In this document: positions 27,170 to 38,235 of the stretch, in pieces
Numbering within the stretch: position 1 is the first letter of the stretch
Layout of the letters: the number at the start of each line of letters is the position of its first letter
NCBI GenBank assembly: GCA_026770705.1
Contig: JANJGN010000075.1
Span: 2,418,001 to 2,482,000 of the forward strand
Source: Isurus oxyrinchus
Lineage: Eukaryota
Length of the DNA stretch: 64,000 nucleotides
Reading direction: 5' to 3'
Notes under the pieces: model-generated
Seen by the model: the letters and a program-made list of their open reading frames with translations, nothing else
Told to the model about the DNA's origin: nothing
Database searches by the model: none
Translations under genes and position numbers: made by a program

Positions 27170-28490
27170 AAAAACGTTAAAGACCCATTGTTGAGTGAAG
27201 CCAAGATGGATTTATGAAAGGGAAATGATGTTTGACAAAACCATTAGTGAATATGAGGGATGCAAATAGCGCAATGGATAAAGTTTAACCAATGGATGCA
27301 GTTTATTTGAATGCTTCGATAAGGCCCGAAACAAGAGATTAGAAAACAGAACCAGTCATTGGGGTTAATAAACTAGCATGGATTGAACAATGTTTTCAGA
27401 TGGAAAATAGAAAGTAGCTATAAAAGGGTCATTCCCAGTTTCTCAGGCAGTCATTAAAATGAGGTGCTGCAACGATCAGTGCTTGGTCCAACTGTTCACA
27501 ATCTACAACAATAAACTGGGTGTGGGGGCAAAGGTAACATTTCCAAATTTGCTGTTGACACACAATTTGTTGGGAATACGAGTTCTGAGGACCGTCCAAT
27601 GAGGCTTCAAGGGGATGTAGACAGGCTAAGCAGGTGTGCATGAGTATGGCAGATGGAATGTAATGAGGTCAAAAGTAATGGAATACACTTTGGAAGAAAA
27701 AACAGAAAGGCAGAGTATTCCATAAATGCTGAGGGATTGGGAAGTCTGGGGACTGAGGTGTACCTGTTCATATATCACTAAATGTTAACATGTGGATTCA
27801 GCAATCAATTAGTAAAGGAAATGGAAAGTTGGCCTTTATTGCAAAAAAATAAAATGTGAATACAAATTCCACCCAGCTGCAATTAAAATAAAATGTGATA
27901 CTGCATCTGTTTAGAGCCGTGGCAAGGCCGAAGCTGCAGCGTTATGTACAGTCCTGGCCATCTTATCTGAGTAAGAATATAATTGTCATCGAGCGAGTGC
28001 AGCGAATGTTCACTAAAGTGATCCCTGAAATGGAAGTAGTATCGCCTGAGGAGACATTGAGGAGACTGTGTTTGTGTTCTAGAAAATTCTGAGCCTAAGA
28101 GGTGATCCCTTTCAAAGGTACAACATCCTTAAGGGGCTTGACAGGACAGATGCAGGGAGGAAGTTTCCGCTAATTGGATGGTCTGGAACCAGGGAACAGC
28201 GTCCCAGAATTAGAGGTTTGGGGGGTGGGTGGCTACTTAGGACGGGGTTAAGAAGGACATTCTTCACTCAAAAGATGGTGGATCTTTAAAATTCTCTACC
28301 CTAGATGGTTGTGGAAGCTCTTTCATTGAGCATCTTCAAGGCAGACATCGATAGATTAACTGATTCAGAAGATATCAAGGGTTATGGGGGCAGTGCGGGA
28401 AATGGCGCTGAGGTGGAGGTTCAACCAGTATCTAATTGAAGGGCAGAGCAGGCTCCAGGAGCTGAATGGCCTCCTCCTGCTTCTCTGTCG
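27170..28490 (+). mobile_element. Degenerate CR1 ORF2 3' fragment
   Basis: ORF 27895-28092 (LFRAVARPKLQRYVQSWPSYL...ERVQRMFTKVIPEM) and the ctgaatggcctcctcctgct tail. Confidence 0.85.
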
Positions 28491-30539
28491 CTTTGAAATT
28501 CAGACAATCCATGTCTGGAGTGAGTCTTTGAAATAGCAATCCAATTATTCACTCTGAGATTTTATTTACACAAGCCCTGCAGTTAAAAAGAAAAGTTAAA
28601 AATAAAACATCAGTTTTGTGACTCAGTGAATCGTTGACTGAAAGTCACGTGAAAACAGCTGGGTGGAATTTGTATTCAAATATGAAAATTCATTAGAGAA
28701 TACCAAACAGAATGTCCAGTGGAAGTGCGGAGGTCCATTATGGAACGGATTGAGCTGTTGATGGTGGCAATTTGCACGTGAGATGTGGAGATTGTGAGTT
28801 GGATGCTGAGAACATGGGAAAGCTGAAGCCCTGTTTTTGCTGATGGACATTAGTATCCGCCCACCCTGCAGCTGCATATCTCAGTGACGTGTTCATTCGT
28901 AGCTGGGTGAATGACGAAGCAAAGTTAAACCAACATCCCTGATCTGGAGGCTGACTGAATTATCCGCCAGAGATGGACCAACAACATACACACGCTGAAA
29001 AATATCACAAAGCGCCTGGAATTCGATGACAAATGGGAACAAGATAGAAAACTCAGCGAACATTCTGAAAATAATCAGTGTGGCAGAGGATAGAAATAGC
29101 CCTTACCATCATAGCGGAAGGCAGCGGTTTCAACTCGAAGGAGCTTCAATAGAAAGGAAGAGGATCTGAGCAACTGACAATTAGGACGGTGACTCAGAAA
29201 TAAACGAATCGTTCAAAATAAATTGAATAGAATGTTTTCAAATTGCTTGAAAGTATTCTCCCAACAGTTTGTTCCATTCTCCCGAGGGCACTGATTCCCA
29301 AATGCAAACCCGCGCTTGTTCAAACTATTCTTCTAGTCATCTGTTCATTTACGGTTTCAGAAACAGTGTGGGTTTCTTGACCTGACGTCAGTGGTGACAC
29401 TGGAGGAACTTTTCCCTCCTACAGCGCATGCTCATTCCCCTGCGTGGAGCAGGCTCTATCATCATATTTGTCTTCCTTCAGTGGATTGGGAGCTATGCGC
29501 TGATTGGTCGCGCCAGCATCTCCTCTCCATGGAGATCGGGAAACTAAGAAGAACTTGCATGAGAACGACGGACGCGCACAAATGGATTGATTTAAAATAT
29601 ACTGTAAGAATAACACTGCTTTTCTTTCAATCGAAGCTCACAATAGTTAATTATTTTGGGCCACACCACTTGTGGCAGAAGCCATGGAATTTCTTCACCT
29701 TTTCTCAGAAAAATTATGGATTGTCGAAATGTTCCAAGAGTTGAACTATCTAATATCACCCCCCCACCCCGCCCCATGCCTCCTAACCTCTAAAAAAGAA
29801 GTATGAACAATTCGGATGAATAATGAATAGATAATGGTGTTTATAAACATAGAACCTTCAGTATTTCAAATAGAGTTTGGAATGAGGGGATTCAGAGATT
29901 AACTCTGAGCCCCCAAAGCGGTTGGAACAGAGTTTTCAGGACATTAGTGCTCATTCACAGTAAAGATTTATATCTAAACAATATGCTCAACTCCAGAAAA
30001 CTGGATGGAGAAGCTGAGAGAAGACAATTTATGAGAAATATGCCCAGCCTGAATCATGCTTCTGCTTCGGCTTTTCTTGTGTTAACATCACAGAATAATA
30101 TCCCTATTCCACCAACATTCATAGAGCTAGAACTAGCAAAAACAGGCATGCCCTACCGAAATAGCAGTCCTGGTAATGAAAACATCACAATGAAAATATT
30201 ATAAAGATAGATCTTGAAATTTTAAAGTCACGGGGCTGTTACTCTTTACTTTGATTGTTTATTCCATTGTGGGATTGTCCCTGGGATGAAAAATATCTAA
30301 CACACTGTCTCTGAAAGACATGCCCTTTCCTGTTTAATTTTAAGAAATGTTGTGGTGTCCAGACATTAACCCACAGGCAATCACAAATGTCATAAAGCGC
30401 CTGAAATTCAGCTTCGATGTTGAAGAGGAAAGAGAAATATCGAAAATGGATATCACAAGAGGAACAGGAATATTCAAAGTTGGTACTGCAGAAGTCAGTA
30501 TTTTTAACTTGGAGAAGCGCAGGTTGAAATAAGGTGGGA

Positions 30540-30830
30540 CATAGCGTCCAATTGGGGCGCAGTTGGGGCGGGGAGCGTCGGGCTGTGCTAACAAAGTGCC
30601 AGAAGACATTTACTAAATATTCACTTTTACACGTGCCTTCTCCCATTTGCTTCTCTATATCTCCTGTAGATGCACATTCCCGACAGGGGATGTACCCCAC
30701 GGTCGCCACCAGCAACTCACAGCATTACTTGCTGATGATTTGAGTGCAGACACCGAAAGGGTTGCTTGAACTGAGATGAGCAGAGATGACAGAGGCAGGC
30801 CTTCGCCCTCCTACTGCGCATGCGCGCATC
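30540..30830. promoter_or_regulatory. Promoter-like motif cluster
   Basis: NRF1-type TGCGCATGCGCG (30815-30826), GC box ggggcgggg (about 30565), CCAAT (about 30548), and a minus-strand donor gtgagt at 30715-30720. Confidence 0.4.
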
Positions 30831-32507
30831 TAAGCAGAAAACAAACTGAAAGGATAACAGAGTGAATATCGGCCGAGATTCCCGTCAGTGACTCCGGGGA
30901 ATCGGCCCAAGAGTAGGGTCAGCATGTCCCCTGGATGGAGATCTCAAACACAGCCCAAAGTAAATGTTGAATCTTGAATCTTTAATGTACAGCAGAGGAG
31001 TTTGACACATTACAGGGTAGATGGAGGCCATTCACCATACTAAATATTCTGGATCTGAACCTTTCCCCACATAACCCAACTTCATGTTCGTAAATAATCC
31101 GTTCCATTCAAATAGATTCTCAAAGTTCTGGTCGAATCTGCTTGCACCATTCTTACAGGAGATCATTCCAGATCAATCCAAGCCTCAATGTGAGAATCTC
31201 CATGCTAATTTTCACTCACCTAGACATGTTAGATCATTCATTGATAATTACAGATCAATTTGCGAAATGAAACAGGTTCTCCCTATTCTGTCTATGAAAT
31301 ATAAATAGGATTATGAATACATCTGCAAGGTCCCTCCTGAACCTTTTCTGCTCCGAAAAGAAGGAAAAGCAACAAAACAAAACAAAACAAGTTTCTCTCG
31401 CCTCCCAACTTCTCTGAATTGCTTCAACTCCGGAAAAATAATCATCGTTTCTATAATTACGGATCGGACATTATTCAACTCAACTCAAGGCCTCTGGGGA
31501 TCCTGCAAGTTAATCAGCTGATCTCGAGGTCGGACTCAATCGGACACAAATAGCAGCGTTAGTGTTTGATTTCTCCATCATGTCCTCTCCCTTAACTGAA
31601 AGAGGTGACTTACCCTTGAACACAGTTCTAGGGCAAATCTCTCTCTGCCTTGTCCTTCGGTGGTAAGGGTATGGTTGAAGTCTGAGCTCGGATGCTGTTT
31701 TCCATTGAAACGAGCTGATGACAGAAGGTGTAAAGCAGGGCGCTGACAGTATCCTCAGCGGACATCCATTATCGACGCATTGAAACGGGGCCAGTACATG
31801 CCTCTTAAAAGCAGACTCTGCTCTCTGCTCTGACCTAAATCGCTAGCATCTCCCATAAAGTAAAAGCAGATTCACTCCCACCCCGTTCCTCGCAACATAG
31901 TCAAGTTTCGACACGGGCAATCCAACCTGATATGATGTACAGCAAACCAGTTGTTGTTTTTATTCTGTTAGCTACCAGATATCGGACACCTCATGCCTCA
32001 GTCCCACTCTCAGTCTCACTGTTCGAGTTACCCACTGACACAACACAGACCAGAAACCCAGTGGCTTCTACACAAGATTGTTTCACAACTCACCAAAGAG
32101 CAGTAATGAGACGCCTGTCTCCATGTTCCAGTACGAGCTACTTCGAGACATGAGATCTGGAAGGAACTGCGGCTGATTCCCTTTACCCAGGGCTCAGAAT
32201 TTCAAACCAGAAAGCGTTGAATGAGAGAGGAAACAGAGGCTGGGAGGAAGTGAGGTGGTCACCACAGTTAAAGCAACAGAACTAATTTTTATACAACATG
32301 TAATGAGATATGGATGTGATTGCTGCATGATTGAAAATGTTATCCTTTGTAAGTTAAACAATGATCACGTGTTGAATGGGCCACAATGGGTTATCCAGAA
32401 GGAAGAACGGCCTGAAATATTTGGCTGTTTTTGTGAGTTTGTCTTTCATCATGGTCAGGAGCACTAAATCTGGGAGGAATCGTTCCTCACATCCATCTCC
32501 CGGCCTT

Positions 32508-33258
32508 CGATTTAAAACTCTCTATAGTTAACCTCATGACATCCAAAAATAACAAAATAAACAATCAAAAACGGAACCGAAGGCCTCAACAGGAACATCA
32601 GTTGAGCAGCCCCTGCTGTTTTGTGCAGCGAATGTACACCAGAGTGTCAGTTGTGACGGAGAGATTGAGCTGTATAACAGTTGTTAATCATTAATTTGGG
32701 GTGTCTCCCATCTTGCTCCAACACTCCTTCCTCCATAATCAGAAATGAAGGCTCCAGCAATATTGGTGACGTTAATTAGCGGCGTCCCTGCTTCCCTCAG
32801 TTGAACAGGACTAAACTGAAACCTTCCCGCCTAAAGGACTTTCTTCAATTCATATAGGTTTTTGAATTTTGAACCGAAACTACTCGATCGGCGCAGGCTT
32901 GGAGGGCCGAAGGGCCTGTTCCTGTGCTGTACTTTTCTTTGTTCTTTGAAATAAGGGGTAGAGACCTAAAAAAAATCAGTTAGCAGTTTAAACTCTTTCC
33001 CAACATTTTCCAATTCTCCCATTCGAACTCGTGGGTACACAGGATTGACAAGGTGCTATAATTACACAAATAAATGATTAGCAACTGTAACACAGCTCAA
33101 TCTCGACGTCGCAATCTATATTGTCGTGTACATTCCCTGCACAAAACAGCAGGGGGAGCTCAATTGATGTTCATGTTGAGGCCCTCGGTTCTGTATTTGA
33201 TTGTTCGTTTTGTTCTTTTTGGAAGTCCTGAGGTTGACTCTAGAGTGTTTTAAATCGG
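32508..33258. repeat. Long imperfect inverted repeat (about 190-bp arms), MITE/foldback-like
   Basis: 32508-32700 matches the reverse complement of 33065-33258 (cgatttaaaa...ggcctcaaca...cccctgctgttttgtgcag...gagattgagctgt). Confidence 0.8.
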
Positions 33259-34425
33259 TCAGCTAACGCTGATTGATTGCGTCAATGATTGGTCGGGACA
33301 TGTCTCCCTTTCTCTCTCTCTCTCTCTCTAATTCTCAGACTCTGTATCTCTATGTGTGTGTCTCTCTCTCCCTCGCTCCCTTTACTGCATTTTTTCCGGA
33401 TTTTGAGTGTTTTTCCCCTTAACATACTGAACGATTCTGCAGCATGCACTTTGTGGGAAGCGAAAACACACTGTCCGAAGTCCTTCCATCGAAATCTTTT
33501 GGCAATTTTGCAGATCTGAAACGTGAGTGAATGGCTTGTTGGCTGGACAATATTATTGCTTATCAAGTTTCATGGATCATAACTGACACAGTTATGGTTT
33601 TGAAGATTTTCAATGTTTTGGTTTCAGACTTATAATCAAGCATGGACGCCGTTTGCATGTCACAACTACAAGTGAAATGATGTTTTGGAATGATTTCGAA
33701 ATATTATCCTGAAGCACCCAGTGAACTGCATCGACGCAGTTACAGATAGGAGCTAAACCGATCATGTTTATTTCCGAGCAGTTGAATGAAGATGTGGCGA
33801 AAAATCTGTACTGTTCTGTCCTTCATTCTCGTTCCACTCCCCAGAGCCATGAATAACCGTACCAGCCATTGACAGAGTGCTCGGATCTCCGGCAGAGTTT
33901 TGGAGTTTTGGAGTTTGATTAAATAAATTCGGCCATAAATTTCACTTAGATAGAAAACAAACTGATCTCAGAGCCAAAAGCTCCGTGGTCGATTTGGCAA
34001 TTTCACCGGAGATAAATATAAATTGAAGATAAGTGGAAGAGAACTTTGTGGAAGAAATGCAGGAGTTTGACACGGTTTCCATTTCATTTCCAGTATTGGA
34101 TCTAACAATACTGAACGACTGAACACCTATTGCTTTGTGTAGAAGAATACCTGTCCGAGAGCGACACTTTGCCTTCATCAAACATCCTAATGAAGCAGAT
34201 CATTCCAAAAAGCTTCCCGGGCCACACTTCCTTTGCAATTTAAGATCTGTCGTGCTGACCAAATAGTTTTTCTCTAATGTTCAGGCAATCAGCAACGACT
34301 GAAATGATGATAATTTTGTGGTGCAAAGAGGTTCATGATGTCGAATCCGGAGCTTAGAATCCGAGGTTAACAGGCAGTAAGGCTACCAATGATGCAGCAA
34401 TTAAAATGTGTGTTTCAATTGTGAA

Positions 34426-35440
34426 TGTTAGAGGATTAGAATATTTTAGGATTGTAGTTTTCAATTAGGGTAAGTGATGGGGCTCGTTTGACCTGTTCTG
34501 CAGATTGCCTGACAGTAAGCAGGGCTGGTTAGATGTTTACCGATGAAAATGAGACTTGGATTATTTTCCTGGTAAGAAGTCACAAGGTATTTACGCTCAG
34601 AGACAATGACAGCAGTTAACAATGAGTAGACCTAAACTCCGAGAAAGGTGTTGAAGTTACAGAATTCTGAACAGTAATGCTTTAAACTCTCCATTTACGT
34701 CGAAGATGAAAGATAGTTGAGGTCAAGAAAAGCTCATTATCATTTCTACCTCGATGTGAAATTTAAAATATTTGGCTTCGCAGCTGAGAAGATGGATAAG
34801 CTATTATTTTAACATTAGATTACAGGCTTCTCGATAAAGCAATGAATATCGCAGAGATGCAACAGCTCAGTGAGATTAGCAGGGACAAAAGATCATTTGG
34901 CTTTCAGAGATAGCACAGCCTGAAGCGGAAGGCAGACAGCACCCAGCTGAAGAGATGCGTCCTGCAGCTTTCTATTGATTCCGGGAGAATATCCTGTCAC
35001 GGCCGCGAATAATTAGAATCTTTGGAATGGCCTTTCCTGCTGGTGCTGTATTTAAGGTCATCTCCGAGAATTGCGGAAAATGCCGTCACACTCAGTTACT
35101 GCTCTGTGAAGTGAGAATACGGGAGCCCATTGGAGGCTGGGGGCATTCGTGGATTGTTGTAAGGACCGGAATTCATTGGGTGGTGGGGGTGGGGGGGGGG
35201 GGAGGGGGGGGGGGGGGGAGGTGGGGCGGGTCCGATGTATAATTAGCATAAAAGTGGGTGTAGCCATCTCTGCAAATTAAAGTATAAGAGGCCTCTCTAA
35301 AGAAAATGTTGTTTGCTCTTAGTATTTTGCTATTGTAACAACATGTATAACGTGAAACCCGACCTGTTCATTCTTGCAGCGAGAACCTGGAAATTCAAAT
35401 TTCTTTGTGAAAGTTATCGATAGAAATGGAGATCGTGAAA
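34426..35440 (+). mobile_element. Possible solo LTR remnant
   Basis: Starts TGTTAG and ends in gatcgtgaaa (degenerate ...ACA end); no clear TSD. Confidence 0.3.
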
Positions 35441-36384
35441 AATGAGCGACACTAAGATCAGAGGAGCACCGAGATCTGGGAGTTTTGTGGGGCTGGCGGT
35501 GGTTATAGATACAGATAAAGCAGGAGTCATATCATCTCCGTGTTGTTTATGTACAAGGATGAGAATCCCAAGATGCAGGTTGCTGGGCTGATGAACTAGT
35601 AGTGACCCTATTCCTGTTGAAGTCAACAGCAGCATCTTTAACCCACATGGTTGTGAGATGATGATTTAACTCAGGAATCGCTTTGCCATTGGCGGATGTC
35701 AGCCTTCAACACAGGGCTGCCTCTCGGCATCCCAATTGGGCTGTGGAACATGTGCCCGATTGTGAGAGATGTTTTCCGCTTCTCCATGAATGGAAATTGA
35801 ATTCAAGCTGAGCCGAGTTAATAGATGTAAATTCAAATGGGTCTGAGGTTTATTCGAGGATAATTGATGACTTTGGTAAGAGGGCTGAGGATGTCAGAAT
35901 ATTTTGGAACAGAGCGTTGATTGAGGCTCCTCTGCACCGGGTGTATTTTGCAAACGGCCGCCCCTTTATTTGCGATGCAGTGTTGTTAAAAGCGTTTCGG
36001 ATTGAACAGCAAAGCAAAGCTTTTAATGTTTAGGTGGAATATCTTGCGACCAAGACTAGCAATATTTCTCTCAGTGATTCAAAGTGACATCTTTTCGGTT
36101 CAGTTTCGGCGTTTCCGCTTAGCCTGATTGGATAAAGTAATTGCAATTCAACTTCAAGTTTGTTCCGAGAATAATTGAACAGGAACAACTGTTGCAACTG
36201 ATCAATCGTTTAAACTAAGATTACGTGGAACAGATAACGGAGTGAAATCTATTGCATGAGTTGGTGTTGCTTTTTGTGGGTTCTGATCCACAAAATTTTC
36301 GGGTGGCTCTGTCAAAGTTTCAGACATGTGACATATTTAATGAGGCAAAACCCGAAAGGAAGTGTGCAAGTTTTTAATCTCAGA

Positions 36385-36636
36385 TATGGTGACCCTGATG
36401 CAATTGCCGAATGTTGGAAAAACCCATCTGGTTCGCTAATGCCCTTCAGTGAGGGAAATCTGCCGCCCTTACCCGGTCTGGCCTGCATGTGACTCCAGAC
36501 CCACCGCAATGTGGTTGATTGTGAAAGGCCCTCCGAAAGGCTCTGGGAATCCATTCGGTTCAAAGACAATTAGGGATGGGCAGCAAACTCTGGCCTGGCT
36601 CGCGGCGGCCACATCCCATGAGACAGAAAATAAAAA
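36385..36636 (+). mobile_element. SINE 3' portion sharing its tail with the second LINE family
   Basis: aaacccatctggttc...gtgactccagacc...aattagggatgggca...ccacatcccatga tail. Minus-strand copies sit inside each Z unit (about 12170-12330, 16230-16370, 25235-25395). Confidence 0.7.
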
Positions 36637-37757
36637 CGTGGGATATAGAATTTTTAAATGTGTATATTGTGGATGTTGGAGTTTGGTTTTGAGGCTTCTG
36701 AACCTCCAAATTTTTGGGATCGTACATGGAAATCGTTCAGTCATCCGACACATTTAAGTGGAGCAAGTTAGGAAAAGGTTTACCAGCTGTTCAGGTCACC
36801 TATATCCATAAAGGCCGGCAGTGAGTTACAACCCAGAGTGCGCTGTATCATTACTGTTTTATGTCTGAATGGGGAGCGCACAATGAGATCTCTGGTTGCA
36901 GCTCTTGATCTTCGGGCAGGTCTTCACATTTCGCCTCTCTTTCCCTCTCCTTTATCTCTTGCCTGATTTGTTCTTGTCTCGTAATCTAGATTTCTCCACC
37001 GCACAGAGACAAAGTCCGGGTCTCCTCCATACTGGCTCTAATCCAGTAAACTCCTCCCTCTCCCCAGTCATTGTTTTCACGGTGTTTGACCGTAGTTTCC
37101 TGGACCACCCAGACATCTCACATGTGAACAGCACAGCATTGCATCCTGTTTCCCACATCCATCTTTGTTTGAATGTCTCGTCTCTCAAGGTTCCAAGTTC
37201 TCTTATCCCGAGAGGGGCCGAGAAACTCCAATCCTGTGTTTTAAAGACACAAGCAATCCAACAGGCACCCTCAATGTTTCACTTATTTGCGATTAGATAT
37301 TTTATCTCAAAAACTTGATGTAATTTCTCCCCCTCCACTACCTTGACATTAATTTTCTGCATTCTGCATACAAATTCTAAGGTTTCCCACTTTACTATAA
37401 AACAGAACCGAATTCAAAGACAAGCTAGATGTTAAGTACTAGAGCTAGGCTTTAAGAATTAATTGTTCGTTCGCACTCTGGGAATCTTAAATGAGGAAGA
37501 GTAAATCAAATACTACAAGGCTGGAAATACTCAGCAGATCAGGTAGCATCTGTATGTAGCAACTTGTATTTGCTCAGAACAGGGAGATGTTACAGAGTTA
37601 TACGTTTACAAACAATTATCCCTCCAATTTGTCAGCAAGAACAACAATATTTATTTGATTTTGCACAGAATCCGTTTATTCTCTAACTTCTGCAAGTCAT
37701 CATGAACATTCTACGAACTGAGTTGTTAACTCCTTCCTCAATTAGCACAGGGTTAAC

Positions 37758-38235
37758 CCATGGTGGTGTTAGGGAGGGAGTTCCAGGATTTTGTCCGTGA
37801 GATGTAGGTACACCCACGGCACTGTTAGGGAGGGAGTTCCAGGATTTCATTTGCGTGGTGTAGGTGCACCCATTGCGATGTTAGGAAGAGTGCTCCAGGA
37901 TTTTGTCCGTGTGGTGTAGGTACAGCTATGGCGCTGCTAGAGAGGGAGTTCCAGGATCTTGTCCCTGTCGTTTAGGAACACCCACAGTGCTGTTAGGGAG
38001 GGAGTTCCAGGATTTTGTCCCTGTGGTGTAGGTACACCCACGCCGCTGTTAGGGAGGGCGTTCCAGGATTTTGTCCGTTTGGTGTAGGTATACCCACAGT
38101 GCTGTTAGGGAGAGAGTTCCAGGATTTTGTCCGTTTGGTGTATGTACACCCACAGTGCTGTTAAGGAGGGAGATCCAGAATTTTGTCCCTGTGGTGTAGG
38201 TACACCCACAGTGGTGTTAGGGAGGGAGTTCCAAG
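37758..38235. repeat. 56-bp minisatellite (about 8.5 copies) derived from a LINE 3' segment
   Basis: Unit gtaggtacacccacagtgctgttagggagggagttccaggattttgtccgtgtggt; anchors at 37781, 37837, 37893 ... 38229. The same sequence occurs once at about 45580-45636. Confidence 0.92.

Noticed and set aside
35760-35810. Minus-strand FNFHSWRSG resembling a tyrosine-recombinase HxxR motif
   Set aside because: Too short, and no other recombinase motifs lie in frame.
36840-37240. Possible minus-strand exon after tttaaaacacag
   Set aside because: Stops in every frame tried and only a vague resemblance to CR1 ORF1; not supportable.
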